Origin: Tubiluchus corallicola
Taxonomy: Eukaryota > Animalia > Priapulida
DNA length: 64,000 bases
Direction: 5' to 3'
Assembly: GCA_030141605.1 (NCBI GenBank)
Contig: JAQGDQ010000567.1
Span: forward strand, 1 to 64,000
Within the stretch, counting starts at the first letter, position 1. Each line of letters begins with the position of its first letter. Shown here piece by piece: positions 43,881 to 55,520 of this stretch. A program made the position numbers and the translations under genes. Below the pieces are notes generated by a model. The model was not told the DNA's origin. It was given only the letters and a program-made list of their open reading frames with translations, and ran no database searches.

Positions 43881-44479
43881 ATAAGATTCGAGGCTACAGC
43901 TTCGAAGAGGGCACCATTTGCGGCGATCTATACATCAAACGAAAGGTCTCGATCTAGTGTCGTCTCATTGGGGGTTTATTTTTCGAATCGGGTCCACCGG
44001 GAGGAACGGGGTGCGAAAAACCTCGAAAAATGGCCATTTTTCGGCCGTTTTTTGCAAAAGTTATACGGCTGAGATGTAGAGAACGGGAACGGGTCGAGGG
44101 CGGTGCTGGGTATGGATAGATAGCCCGTTCAGCGGTGGGTGTCACAGGCATATTCAGAATTTGCGAGAGGGCCACGGCGTCCCGCAACCGGCATTTTCCC
44201 GGACCCAACTCGCGATTTTTTCGAAATTTTGATCAAACAGCATGCGGAAAAAACGTTCTAGCGGCGCCTGGTGGGACTCTCGAAAGGAGATATATAGCTT
44301 ATCAGAAAGAGGAAGAACAGGGCTATATGATGATGTGGGCTATATGTTAGGACAGGTCCACCGAGAGGAGTACCGACGAGTTAATTAGATGTTCTATTTT
44401 CGGCAATTTTCGCTTAGAAAACTGCTGACGCAAAGCCATTGTTCTGACGCCATCCATTGTACCCTGTCTATAATCTTAT
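43881..44479 (+). mobile_element. Non-autonomous DNA element with short TIRs (AT-AAGATT...AATCTT-AT)
   Basis: GC-rich 600 bp block bounded by ATAAGATT / AATCTTAT; internal direct repeat GGTCCACCG.GAGG; partial copy at 13032-13157. Confidence 0.65.
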
Positions 44480-44989
44480 TGCTTTAATTCAATAAAAGCG
44501 GCTTTGCGTTAGGTAAGTAAACAAATAGTAGGCAGGATGTTACGGGCTTTGTGTTATAAATGAGGACTGTGTAGGATGTTCGCGTGTTATTGATTATACG
44601 TGGTTTTTCACGCAAAATCTTTTGCGGGGCCTTTGCTAGTTTGTGGTAAATAATACAGTAGTAGGTAGTGCATAATAGTATCATCATCATCATCATACAC
44701 CCGTCACGTCTATTGTAGACATTGGGCAGGCAGAATTCTAAAATAAAAGAAATCTGCCTTCAGACAGGTAAAACGCAGCAGTAACCCAGCAAAAAACTAG
44801 ACACTGCTACGCCAGTGGCTTGTCAGCACCACTTCCGCTTAGTAGTAGTAGTTTATTGACTCAAAAAATCACGGATAACTGAGAGACATTTCAATAGTGC
44901 TCCGTTCTTTACGTTCCTTATAAGTGAACTTACCCTATTTGTGAAAAATATATTCCACAATCAAGAAATGAATTGCCCTAAATGAAAAA

Positions 44990-45313
44990 TTGTTGTTGTT
45001 GTTGGCATCCTTCTGACTCGGAAGACAATGAAATGTGCGCCAAGAGAGTCCGATCCTTGAACGTCTCCAGGGCGCACGCCTGGGCAAGGTGTATGGAGAT
45101 CCTGAGTTGCTCAGACAACAGGAACCTCCTCTCTTCCTCGCTGGTGTAGTCCAAAGGAAAGCGGAGCGATACGTTTGGCACCAGGTTGGCTGCATGAGCT
45201 GCCGGAATCAGTGAGCATGCTGTACTGGTCCGCCTTCGGGGACTCCTGATTTGGAAGGTTTACTCCTCTACACGTGGCCGTTGGGTCACTTGACCTCCTT
45301 CTAAATGGAAGAT
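44990..45313 (-). mobile_element. Bipartite (internally deleted) RTE-derived element
   Basis: Minus strand has RTE-type 5' UTR-like sequence, an SRIGL remnant of the RTE C-terminal zinc-finger region, and a 3' end GTCTTCCGAG.CAGAAGGATGCC with (CAA)n tail. Confidence 0.75.
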
Positions 45314-45969
45314 TACAAAACAAATAAGTAGGCTAAGATAATCCATTACTACACTAAGACTATCCTTTACATCACTGACTTAGACAATAAGCTATTTGCA
45401 GCGCCCTAAAACTTTAGAACAAATTGCATAGCAGTTTTCATTGTTAAAAAATCTGACAACGTTACAAAATTCACAGTAGGGTACGAGAGTTTTCTTACAT
45501 TAACTCAATTCATCAGTTCATTACTTACATCAATTCAAGCTCCTAATTAGATGCAGTAACACGATCACTGAAGTTATGATGACTGAACTATAAACAATAT
45601 AAAACAAAAATGTAGTAAAACTAGTAAAAACCGTAATTGAAATTAATGCCGCCATGTATTGTATCACAGAATAGATAAAAATTCCGGCAGGTGATACTGG
45701 CTTGTGGCCTTTTCTTGTTAGAAGGATCGACAATAAAAAGTTTTAATGTAAAGTATAGTAACGTAATGTAACGTGACGTAATGTAACATAAGATTTTGAT
45801 CGCCTCCAGTCAACTATATATGTGGGCAAATTCAACCCCAATTTGCAAATTTAATTGCAATTCTTTGTTTAGGTAAGGATAAAAAATATGATTTTGTGTG
45901 TCTGTAGTTTTGCAAGAGTTAGAACTGTTATTGTGTTATGTGACTAAACACTAAATATAGTGCAACAAT

Positions 45970-46210
45970 TGTAGTGACCATGTAATTTGTAATTTGTATT
46001 TTGCTTATGCACATGTTTAGATTACTTTTATAATTACGTTTGTAATTTTTGTTACAGTCTTCGACCGAGATGTATATAAAGGAGGCGAATGACAAATCTC
46101 GTTAACGAATTGAAATAAAGGTTTTACTTAAAAGTTTATTTGTTTACTCGCTTGTTTCCTTGTTTACCGGTTTACTAAGAAAAGCCATGCACATTGGCGG
46201 TCAGCGAGAA
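45970..46210 (+). mobile_element. Candidate LTR (45970-46193) with primer-binding site
   Basis: Begins TGTAGTG, contains TATATAAAG then AATAAA, ends ACA, followed by T-TGGCGGTCAGCGAG. Confidence 0.45.
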
Positions 46211-47026
46211 GAATTACGTTGAAAAAGGCGATTTCTATCAAAAGATAATAACTTAAACATAGGCCTACTATTTAGATTAAACCGTACTTGTAATTACCTG
46301 AAAATATTAAGTGGAAACTAGAGTCAAAAATCTTTTCTGTTCAATTTCCAATGTGTGCTAATTGTGACTTATCATCTGCGATGCTCGTAGAAGGGAATCA
46401 GTGACTAATATTTTAGCTAGGTCGTTGTTACCTTGGCAATGACTTACAAGTATAAGTCTTGATGATTGCGCAAGTCCAGTTTATGTTCGTTGTAATCTGG
46501 CTTCATGGTAAGCAGTTGTTTTGTGTTTATGCGTAATACAAAAAGTGCCAGAGGCAGTGACATTTGTTAATACGATACTTGATGGATCAGAATTAGCATG
46601 AGAAGCCACACGGGTTATGATTTACGCTGCGGTAGGGTGTGAGTTTACTAGTCTATTTTAGTGTGGTAATCACTCTAACACTCATACTAAAATGGAATCA
46701 ACTGCCCTGCAGTTATAATATGGATTACAAGGAATATTGTATATAGGTCACCACGCGGCAACAAATCTTACGGCTTCATCTGGTCTGAATTATTTGCCTG
46801 GGCCCATTTTCTTCCACTATTTCCTGCTGAGCTAAAGCTATCCGAAATGCACCAATCGTCAAGACATCAAAGCTCTCCCGTCCAACCTAGAACGTTTTGT
46901 TTGTGTGCATACATGCGAAGCCTATATTCAGTTGCAGCAGTGGCGAAACCTATATTCATTTACCAATCCAGTGACACGAATAGTTTCTGCAATCTGGAAA
47001 ACTTGCAGATATGTCATTATAAAGTT

Positions 47027-47092
47027 GAGAAAGAGAGAGAGATTGAGAAAGAGAGAGAGAGAGAGAGAAAGAAGGGAGAGGGAGAGTGAAAG

Positions 47093-47125
<33 letters not shown>

Positions 47126-47137
47126 AGGGAGAGGGAG

Positions 47138-47178
<41 letters not shown>

Positions 47179-47308
47179 GGGGGAGGGAGAGAGAGAGAAA
47201 GGGTGGGAAAGAGAAGGGAGAGGGAAAGAGAGAGAGATAGACAGAGAGACACAGAAACAGAGCTGGAGAGGGAGAGAGAGAAAGAGAGAGAGGGGGGAGA
47301 GAGAGAAA

Positions 47309-47356
<48 letters not shown>

Positions 47357-47529
47357 AGGGAGAAAGAAAGAGAGAGAGAGAGGGAGAGAGAGAGGAGGGG
47401 GGAGGGAGAGAGAGAGAAAGGGTGGGAAAGAGAAGGGAGAGGGAAAGAGAGAGAGATAGACAGAGAGACACAGAAACAGAGCGGGAGAGGGAGAGAGAGA
47501 AAGAGAGAGAAGGGAGAGAGAAAGGGAAA

Positions 47530-47561
<32 letters not shown>

Positions 47562-47809
47562 TGGTGGGAAAGAGAAGGGAGAGGGAAAGAGAGAGAGGTA
47601 GACAGAGAGACAGAGAAACAGAGGGGAGAGGGAGAGAGAGAAAGAGAGAGAAGGGAGAGGGAAAGGGAAAGAGAAAGACACAGAGAGAGAGAGAGAGAGA
47701 GAAGGGAGAGAGAGAGAAGGGAGAGAGAGAAAAGGGAGAGAGAGAGAGAGAGAAGAGAGAGAGAGAAAGAGAGAGAGAGATAGACACAGAGAGAGAAAGT
47801 CAGAGAGAC

Positions 47810-47847
<38 letters not shown>

Positions 47848-47905
47848 GAGAGGGAAAGGGAAAGAGAGAGAAAGAGAGCGCGGTGCAGAGAGGGCGCGAG
47901 AAAGA
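47027..47905. repeat. Purine-rich (GA)n low-complexity array with an internal higher-order duplication
   Basis: GGGTGGGAAAGAGAAGGGAGAGGGAAAGAGAGAGATAGACAGAGAGACACAGAAACAGAG recurs at about 47200 and 47420, with a variant at 47560. Confidence 0.95.
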
Positions 47906-48261
47906 GGTTTACTAGATTTTTTCAATGGTATTTCACGAGATCCTGAATATCTGTGTCGATATTTTTTGACGTTTTTCTTTTTGTTTCTGACCAATTGTAC
48001 TTTCTAAATATCGTTGGTGAAACTTGGTTCTTTGTGATATATTGTTCTACCCTTTTTTGTAACAATTTATTTTGTCTGGTTCTTTTAATAAAAAACTTGT
48101 TACCGCTGTAGAAAAGATCCAATGTTGCTGATTGTTTAAAATTCCTTGAACAAGCGCAGAAATCACAGAAATCTGGGTGTAGTAGTCGTAGTAATTTATT
48201 GACAAAAGACCAAATTAATTCAAATTCCACAGAAATTAGACATCAAAAGTAAACATGAAAC

Positions 48262-48420
48262 TATAATAATAATAATTCTTTTATTTTTTTGTTTATCTTG
48301 TAACACACGCACAGTTATAATACAATTAATTTGGAAACAAAAATGTGAAGAAAGGACAGCGAAAGACCAATTGGTCATCTAGTCAGCTGCCCTTTGGTTA
48401 GTGATGAACATTTTTTATAG
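48262..48420 (-). mobile_element. LINE 3' UTR fragment (same family as 5326-5460)
   Basis: Direct sequence match. Confidence 0.7.
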
Positions 48421-49049
48421 GCGCTATGCTACAGTGTATTAGTGTTAGTACTGCTTATAATAAAAATTTAATTGTTACGAATGACATTAAATTGATATGC
48501 TTATAACGTGTTAATACAATTCATACACAGTAATAATAAGTGCATAATAAAAAAAATGAAACTGAAAATAACTGAAATAAAACTGAACTGAAATAAGAAC
48601 TGAAACAAGAACTGAAATAAAAATCTGACAACAGAAACATAATAACAATGGCAACTGAAATATACTTTATAACACAAGCATAATTCTTAGACATAAGCAA
48701 GCGAATGTATAATGGAGTCATAATATATCATAATAATGTAAAAAAATACAGAGCGATTTTTGATGATCTGAGGTGAAATAAATAGGCAGATATATTGTCA
48801 TTTGTCATTATAAACAGATGACAAAGTTCTAGTGACTCTATTGCGTCTTGTAGCAGATGTAGCAGTACTAAAACCAACATCTATATGATTTATTCTTATA
48901 TGCTCAGTTAAAGGACAAGAACATGGAACGTGTTCCTCTGTTTTAAAGATCCCTCATATACATGATCCACTTTCCTTTTCTTCTCTCGGCAAATCTAAAT
49001 GCTACAATGAATTAAAATAAAGTTTTAAAAAAATTGAAAATTATTTAAA

Positions 49050-49325
49050 GTGTTTAGCTGCTTTTGAATGCTTTGACTGAAGTGGAAACAGATGAAAATT
49101 TAAAGTGATTTGCTCTTGAAAAGGGTACATTTAATCTTACTTTGTGTGAGAGAAACGTAAGTTCTTCATGTAGAAGATGAGAATCGTCTGCCGTGATTTT
49201 CATTAACATCTTCAGTAACATATCATTACACAGAGTAGCATGGCTAGGGAATCGTATGTTCATTATTCTAACCAGGGAGCTTCATACATGTCCCCTTAAT
49301 CTTTCCAAATCAGTTTTTAGGTAAT
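49050..49325 (-). mobile_element. LINE ORF2 C-terminus remnant (Rex1/L2-like)
   Basis: KITADDSHLLHEELTFLSHKVRLNVPFSRANHFKFSSV follows the I..D.SHPLH...RL..P..RT..FK.SF pattern. Confidence 0.65.
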
Positions 49326-49573
49326 TATGAGAACATCTAGTCAGATTTCCACATCAAGCTCATCAACTTTTGCTGATGAGAGATGAACAGCTACGTTGAA
49401 CCTCTTTTTCTTACACGATCACTAGGGGCGCCCTCAGGGTCTGTCTCAGCACATTCTGGGTGTAACATCTTCTTTGTTCATATCTTTCTACTTTAAATCG
49501 CCTACGTCTGTCATTTGAGTATTTTTGATTTTGCGTTTTAGGTGAAACGCTTTTTCATTCCTACTACAACGAT

Positions 49574-49733
<160 letters not shown>

Positions 49734-49744
49734 GTGTGTATATA

Positions 49745-50040
49745 TGATTTGATTTGATTTAACTCTTTATTTCGAATCAAGTTCATAGAATACATAACAT
49801 ACAATAATTACAAGACACACAATAATTATAACACCTCCTCTCAACACATGCAAATTAATACATAAATAAATAAAATAACAGTACAATATATACAATATCA
49901 TGCGTCCAGCCTGAATCGTCACCCATCGTCTACCTAACACTTTCCTCCATTGGTCTCTTATGTCTGAAGTGTAAAATGCGTCACTGTTATTCAATGCCTT
50001 TATAAGAAGATTTAAAGAAGACTTAAAGATTTTAAGAAGA
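49745..50040 (-). mobile_element. LINE 3' end with (ATCAA)n tail
   Basis: Minus frame SSLNLLIKALNNSDAFYTSDIRDQWRKVL; AATAAA then TCAAATCAAATC. Confidence 0.5.
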
Positions 50041-50059
50041 GCATATACATATACTATCC

Positions 50060-50173
<114 letters not shown>

Positions 50174-51004
50174 TTGATTATTAGTAATTAATAGAGATAA
50201 AAAGATGTGCCATGCTCTTATTGTTAAGCTTCTCAAGCTTCAGCTTTAGGTTAAAGATTTAGTGTACTAATACTCTCTCTCTAAAAGTGGTCAACGGCCT
50301 TGTTTAGAATGTTCTCTGTAAAAAGAGTCTGTGAAACTATAATAAAATTAAGTCCTCTTTCTCTTAGGAGATGTTTAGTTGGCATATTTTCAAGATAATT
50401 TTTAGAATGTAGCCGGTGGTCCTTATATAGGTATACTATAACGAAAAATCCCATTTTCAAAGGTACCATTTCTGTGTTTTGGCAATATTGATTTATATTA
50501 CAATTATAGACAGTTTGGTCCAGCAACTTTTGAAGTGAAAGAAGAAGAAAGAAATGAAATAAGACAGGCGTTGCGCGTTAAAATTATAATCATTATTAGA
50601 GCTGTATAATGAAGTATGCAAGTGTCTGAAATGTTGCTTACCTTGTAACACCCTATATGAGGTTGCGCTAGGGCCAGAGTGCTGAGCCAGCGAAGGTCAC
50701 ATTAAAGTGAGCGCCATTTTCTTACACGGGGGTGATCAGCTATTTCTGATGTGCAAGCAGCGCAGGTTTGGAAGTGTGAATACGTGGAGGTATACTAATA
50801 GTTTAATAAAATTAATTACACGCGGACGCAACCAGAGAAAGGACAAAGCGAAAGCCAAAATTAATACAAAGCGAACAATAAATTAATGACGTTAAAAAGG
50901 CATTGAACATTTAACGCATATATCAACAACATATGTACGTATAAAAATAAAAAGTTTTCAGTAGATGAAAAGTAATTAAACTAACGTAACCAATTTAAAT
51001 GCCC

Positions 51005-51322
51005 GTTGTTGTTGGCATCCTTCTGTCTCGGAAGACAATGGAATGTGCACCAAGAGAGTCCGATCCTTGAACGTCTCCAGGGCGCACGCCTGGGCAAGGT
51101 GTATGGAGATCCTGAGTTGCCCAGACCGCAGGAACCCCCTCTCTTTCTCCCTGGTGTAGTCCAAAGAAAAGCGGAGCGATACGTTTGGCAGCAGGTTGGA
51201 AACCTACAGCACCTGGTATTCCTAGGCGGTCACCTATCCAAGCACTAACCAGGCTCTACGTTGCTTAACTTCGGTGATCAGACCAGAACCGGTGTTTTCA
51301 ACGTGATTTGGCCCGTACAGGT
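51005..51322 (-). mobile_element. 5S rRNA-headed SINE (SINE3) or 5S-RTE chimera with bipartite RTE body
   Basis: Full 5S head (51200-51322) joined directly to about 195 bp closely matching 44995-45190; (CAA)n tail. Confidence 0.8.
51200..51322 (-). rRNA. Full-length 5S rRNA-derived sequence (probably SINE head or pseudogene)
   Basis: ACC...ATCACGTTGAAAACACCGGTTCTGGTCTGATCACCGAAGTTAAGCAACGTAGAGCCTGGTTAGTGCTTGGATAGGTGACCGCCTAGGAATACCAGGTGCTGTAGGTTT is invertebrate-type 5S with several substitutions and small 5' insertions. Confidence 0.9.
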
Positions 51323-52013
51323 TAAGAAATGGATGCTATTGAAGAGAAGTAACAGACATAAAATGGCGCAGAATTTCTTTTGAAGAGCCAATTAAGCTAC
51401 AAAATTCATTTTTGTAAAGAACGAATTTGCTTGGACATGAAGGGTGTAATTTCTTATATAAATTACAAAGATTTTACTTTTATTCTCGAATTTTTCTCTC
51501 TTGTTTCACTTGTATGTAGAATTATTATTGCAGGGCGCATAAACTGACAATAAAGTCAATTATACGCCAGCGATCTTTACAGCTATCATTACTCATCATA
51601 ATTTCCTATTAACGAGCTGCATCTCTTTAATTGTTAGCACGCAATATAAATTTTGAAATTTAAACTAGATTTCTGAGACTAGATTAAATTGGTGTGTGTC
51701 AGTTGTGAAGGCCACATGCAGCCACTTTCACCGACTAACCCAATTTCACTTTCCCTTTCCGTATGCGTTTATTGTACGCAAGTCATGCGGAAAAAACACT
51801 CATAGTCATAATAGCGATAAGAATGTTGCCTTACAGAGCTTTAGGGCATGCTGACTCAACTGAACGGAGGATTCCATTTTATATTAAAATTCCCTTTCTT
51901 GTATTCTATATACACAAATGATAAATTACAGTAACAGTGACTATATATATATATAAGTACTAGTTCTATACATCTGTTTTGCACATAGAGAAGAGAATCT
52001 GTTAGGTATTATA

Positions 52014-52608
52014 GGTTTTACACGTCAAATGTAGGCCTGCGTTAACTCAAATGTAAATTTAGGTAGTTCAAATGTGTTAACAATGGTTTTCAAGAAATCT
52101 TAAGCGTTTTCGGTAAGTCAAAAGTAGACACATGTCAAGTCAAATGTGACATTGGTATCCCAAATGTGGATAGGTGGTAAACTTTAATCTTCTTTAATTT
52201 CAATTTAATAATTGCTCTTAAGGTATAATAACAACATTATAGGCCTACTAATAGTTCACTAATGTTCTACAAACTTTACATACCATTGGAACTGTTAGAG
52301 AAAACAATACATTCTTAAAATAAGCAATGTTTCTTGAGAGAAACTAATTCATTAATGCAGTGCTAAATGCATTACTTAAAAAACTAATGAATGATTCACT
52401 GTTCATTGGGAAGTGGAAACCGATTTGTTCTTTTTTGCCGACATTTTTTGTAAAACGTTTACAAATAAAATGTAAAATTCTATGTCTACATTTGACTTAC
52501 CTAAGTCACATTTGAGTTACCAAAACACATTCGAAATTCCTATGTCTACATTTGACTTACCTAAGTCACATTTGAACTTTCCTGTGTCTACATTTGACGT
52601 GTAAAACC
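52014..52608. mobile_element. MITE with perfect 21 bp TIR and subterminal repeats
   Basis: TATA-GGTTTTACACGTCAAATGTAG ... CTACATTTGACGTGTAAAACC-TATA; TCAAATGT/ACATTTGA motifs repeated in mirror arrangement. Confidence 0.85.
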
Positions 52609-53689
52609 TATATTAAGTATGGGGTTTATATTACTACTTTTGTAATAACTGGGGTAGATGCTATTTAATTTTCATCTGAAATGTAAGTGCTCGGAAGAAA
52701 TAAGTTCACCATAAACACTGTCAGTTGTTGTACTCTACATGAAGTGTTCCACGATTGTGTGATTCTGGTTTTTCTTATGAAATCTGAGAGAATCCAGTTC
52801 TGAAATTATTACTCTCTTGTGGGACTAATGTATCTGAAATTATTATGCGTATAAGATGAGCTAAAATGTGGCTATGTCGTGCATTCAGACGTTAAAAAGA
52901 CAGCGTGCAATCATTGCTTTGATTTGGAAATGTGACGGAAGAACAAAGCTTTTTGTCTCTCTGTCTCACTCGCCTTCGACAGAACTGACGGAAATCAAAC
53001 TCGATTATTGCTGGTAACAATATGGCTGACCACCAAAATCTGTCACTCGTGATATTTAATGTGAAAAAAATGTTATTAAATTTCAAAACTGGGTTAGTTT
53101 GTGCTTAACCTACTTTAAAACGTTCTCACAAGGATGCTCACGCTCACCATGTACAGTGCACTGAAAGTGAAAGTATAGAGTGTCTTGTTTGGGTCAGGGT
53201 TTTCACTTTTAAGAATATAGAACACAGTTTTGTTTAAAGCCTTGGCCTTCTACGTACTATACAATACAATCAATGAAAAGCAAGTAAAGAAACACTTTTA
53301 CTTTTAAATTTTTGCCTCAAGAAAAGAAAATAACGTGTTATTATAATTTAGGCAATGACATAATACTGTCTCTTTTTGTTAGCTTCAATGTTTTTAAAAG
53401 GTACCCTTTTAGGTTATTTTGTAGGCTTATGCAGTTAATACTGTAATTACATAATGCCATAATCCTTAGCAAGTCGGATTTTACCAATAATTTTCTTCAC
53501 ATTGACTCAATACAACACGACTGGTTTGAATTTACAAATATGGCATCACCACAATTTATAAAATTTAAAACACTAGAATAATCACTATTCGAAAAAGTGT
53601 ATATATATAAAACGTGGCTATGCTCAACAGGTTACTGAACACTTTATTATCATGATCACAGTTTTCCTTAGTTCTCGCTCCATTTCATC

Positions 53690-54000
53690 TTTCATTCACT
53701 ACTCCCCCCCCCCCACTTTTATGTATATATTATTATTATTTCAATTATTAATCACTTCTTTAAGATTTCCACGTACAGTTTGGCCTGTCAAGCTATGCTT
53801 TTAGGCTCAAACTGTATGCATCAAAATTACTCTGTAATGTAATTTGCACATGTATATACTGCATAAGAATCTCTTTTCTAATTTTTGAATAATGTTGCAT
53901 TTATATTTATATTGACTTCAGTGAAATTATCTGTTTTTTTTATTATAACTGTTAGATGCAGAGTGCAAATAAATAAACTTATAAACTTATATAAACTTAT
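53690..54000 (+). mobile_element. LINE (Crack-like) 3' UTR remnant
   Basis: Stem-loop ACAGTTTGGCCT-GTCAAGCTATGCTTTT-AGGCTCAAACTGT; AATAAA and tandem AAACTTAT tail. Confidence 0.5.
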
Positions 54001-54018
54001 ATATAACCATCTACCATC

Positions 54019-54488
54019 CAGGGGCGGAACTAGGGGGAGCGAGGGGGCGCGCGCGCCCCCCTTGTCAAAATTTGCGCCCCCCCTGCAAAATCGGACAAAT
54101 AATTTTTTTGCAGTGAAAATTGCAGTTCGCATGTAATCATTTTCAATATGAATTAGAATTAGGTAAAAAAATGTTTGGTAGCTTCAGTGTATTATTTTCT
54201 TAAAACTTGTGTGTGATAAATTTCTGTAAATAACAATTTAGTAAGAGGCACATTAATAACGTTAGGTTAACTGAGAGTTAATTTTCTCATTATTGCTCTG
54301 TCCGCTACGCTGTCCTACACACACGCTAATTATAGGCCTGCATGCAGTATCAAAGGGATTAAAATTGGCTTAACCATTATTTAACCACTTCGGATACCTA
54401 GCCCCCCCTCCCCCCAGAAAATTTTTGCGCCCCCCCCAGAAAATTTTTGCGCCCCCCCCCCCGCTTGCCACATCTAGTTCCGGCCCTG
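54019..54488. mobile_element. hAT-like MITE
   Basis: 15 bp TIR CAGGGGCGGAACTAG / CTAGTTCCGGCCCTG; GCGCCCCC subterminal motifs; near 8 bp TSD CTACCATC / (CA)GTACCATC. Confidence 0.85.
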
Positions 54489-54787
54489 CAGTACCATCCC
54501 CACCTCACTGCCGTCCCAGTATGTCAAATTCAACTTCCGTAATTTTTCGTTTTTTTCGAGGACAGTCGCTGATCGCTTTCATGGCCAAGAATCTCACTTC
54601 CCACAGCGCGTTGCGGAAACGATCGAGGAAAGAAACAATGTAAATGTATCAGTAGACACATTCCTATACAGAGCAAGTCCAGTGGCCTTACATGCCTAAA
54701 CACTGAAATCTCAAATTACAGTAGCCATTTTAAGACTACTATATCTATATCAGGCTTCAAGGCTACCCCGTCTTCTAATCGAAACAG

Positions 54788-55520
54788 ATGGACGAATCAT
54801 TTGCAGAGAAGGTGAAGAGTTTTAAAAGGCAAGGGGCCTAGCTGCACCGGCAGGCACCGTTACCGGCCTTCGAATAAAGTGAATTCATAATTAACCTGCG
54901 CGTTAAAACTTCAAGCCGTCAAACAGGTGCAAAAATTGCGTACGACCTTCGCTGTGTATTTAAACAAGACGGCAAAGATTATAATATAAGGCTAGACAAA
55001 TAGAAATCTAGCTCAGCGTGCCAGCTATCTTTGCAAGAATAGCACAGACTTAAACTAGGATGGTACGAAAAGAGAAAGTAATCAAAACTTGACCCGTTTA
55101 ACCCAGAAACGCTTCAGTTTCATCAGTGTTAAACATACATGCGTCTTCGGATTCTCAAGTGTGTGCAATGCTGAAAGTAGGTCCAGAGAACAGTTAACGA
55201 CAGAGATGAGGGAGAAATGAGGCTTTCACAACCCCTGGTTTATGGTCCACAGCAAATGTATCTTTTAAGAATGTTCACATAAAACAACAACGACTTAGGC
55301 ATCTTAGCAACTTATACAGCGTTTTCTAACAAGAGACATTAGGGACAGCACAGCGGAACGATTGGTCCAGAAAAGCTTTTTCGACCGTCACACAATCACT
55401 TGCAGATTTTGCAAATAAAGAAAAATCTGCATGCAAAATAGTTTAGCAAGTGGCAGATGAGTAAAAAACAATGGGTTTCTGGGCACTGCTTCTGTCCGCT
55501 GAGAATCTAATGTGGCGACA
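54788..55520 (+). pseudogene. Decayed MULE/Mutator-like transposase N-terminal region
   Basis: LPAFE*SEFIINLRVKTSSRQTGAKIAYDLRC...C(PA)...SKLDPF...FISVKHT...NAESRSREQLTTEMREK...LADFANKEKSACKIV, with many stops and frameshifts; motif order recalled from animal MULE-SWIM proteins. Confidence 0.4.

Noticed and set aside
45120-45160. TCCTCGCTGG resembling the HDV ribozyme L3
   Set aside because: It is on the antisense strand of the element and P3/P1 pairing is absent.
49418-49460. ITRGAPQG.V-like RT motif inverted next to the LINE fragment at 49050
   Set aside because: Requires two indels in about 30 nt; too short to support.
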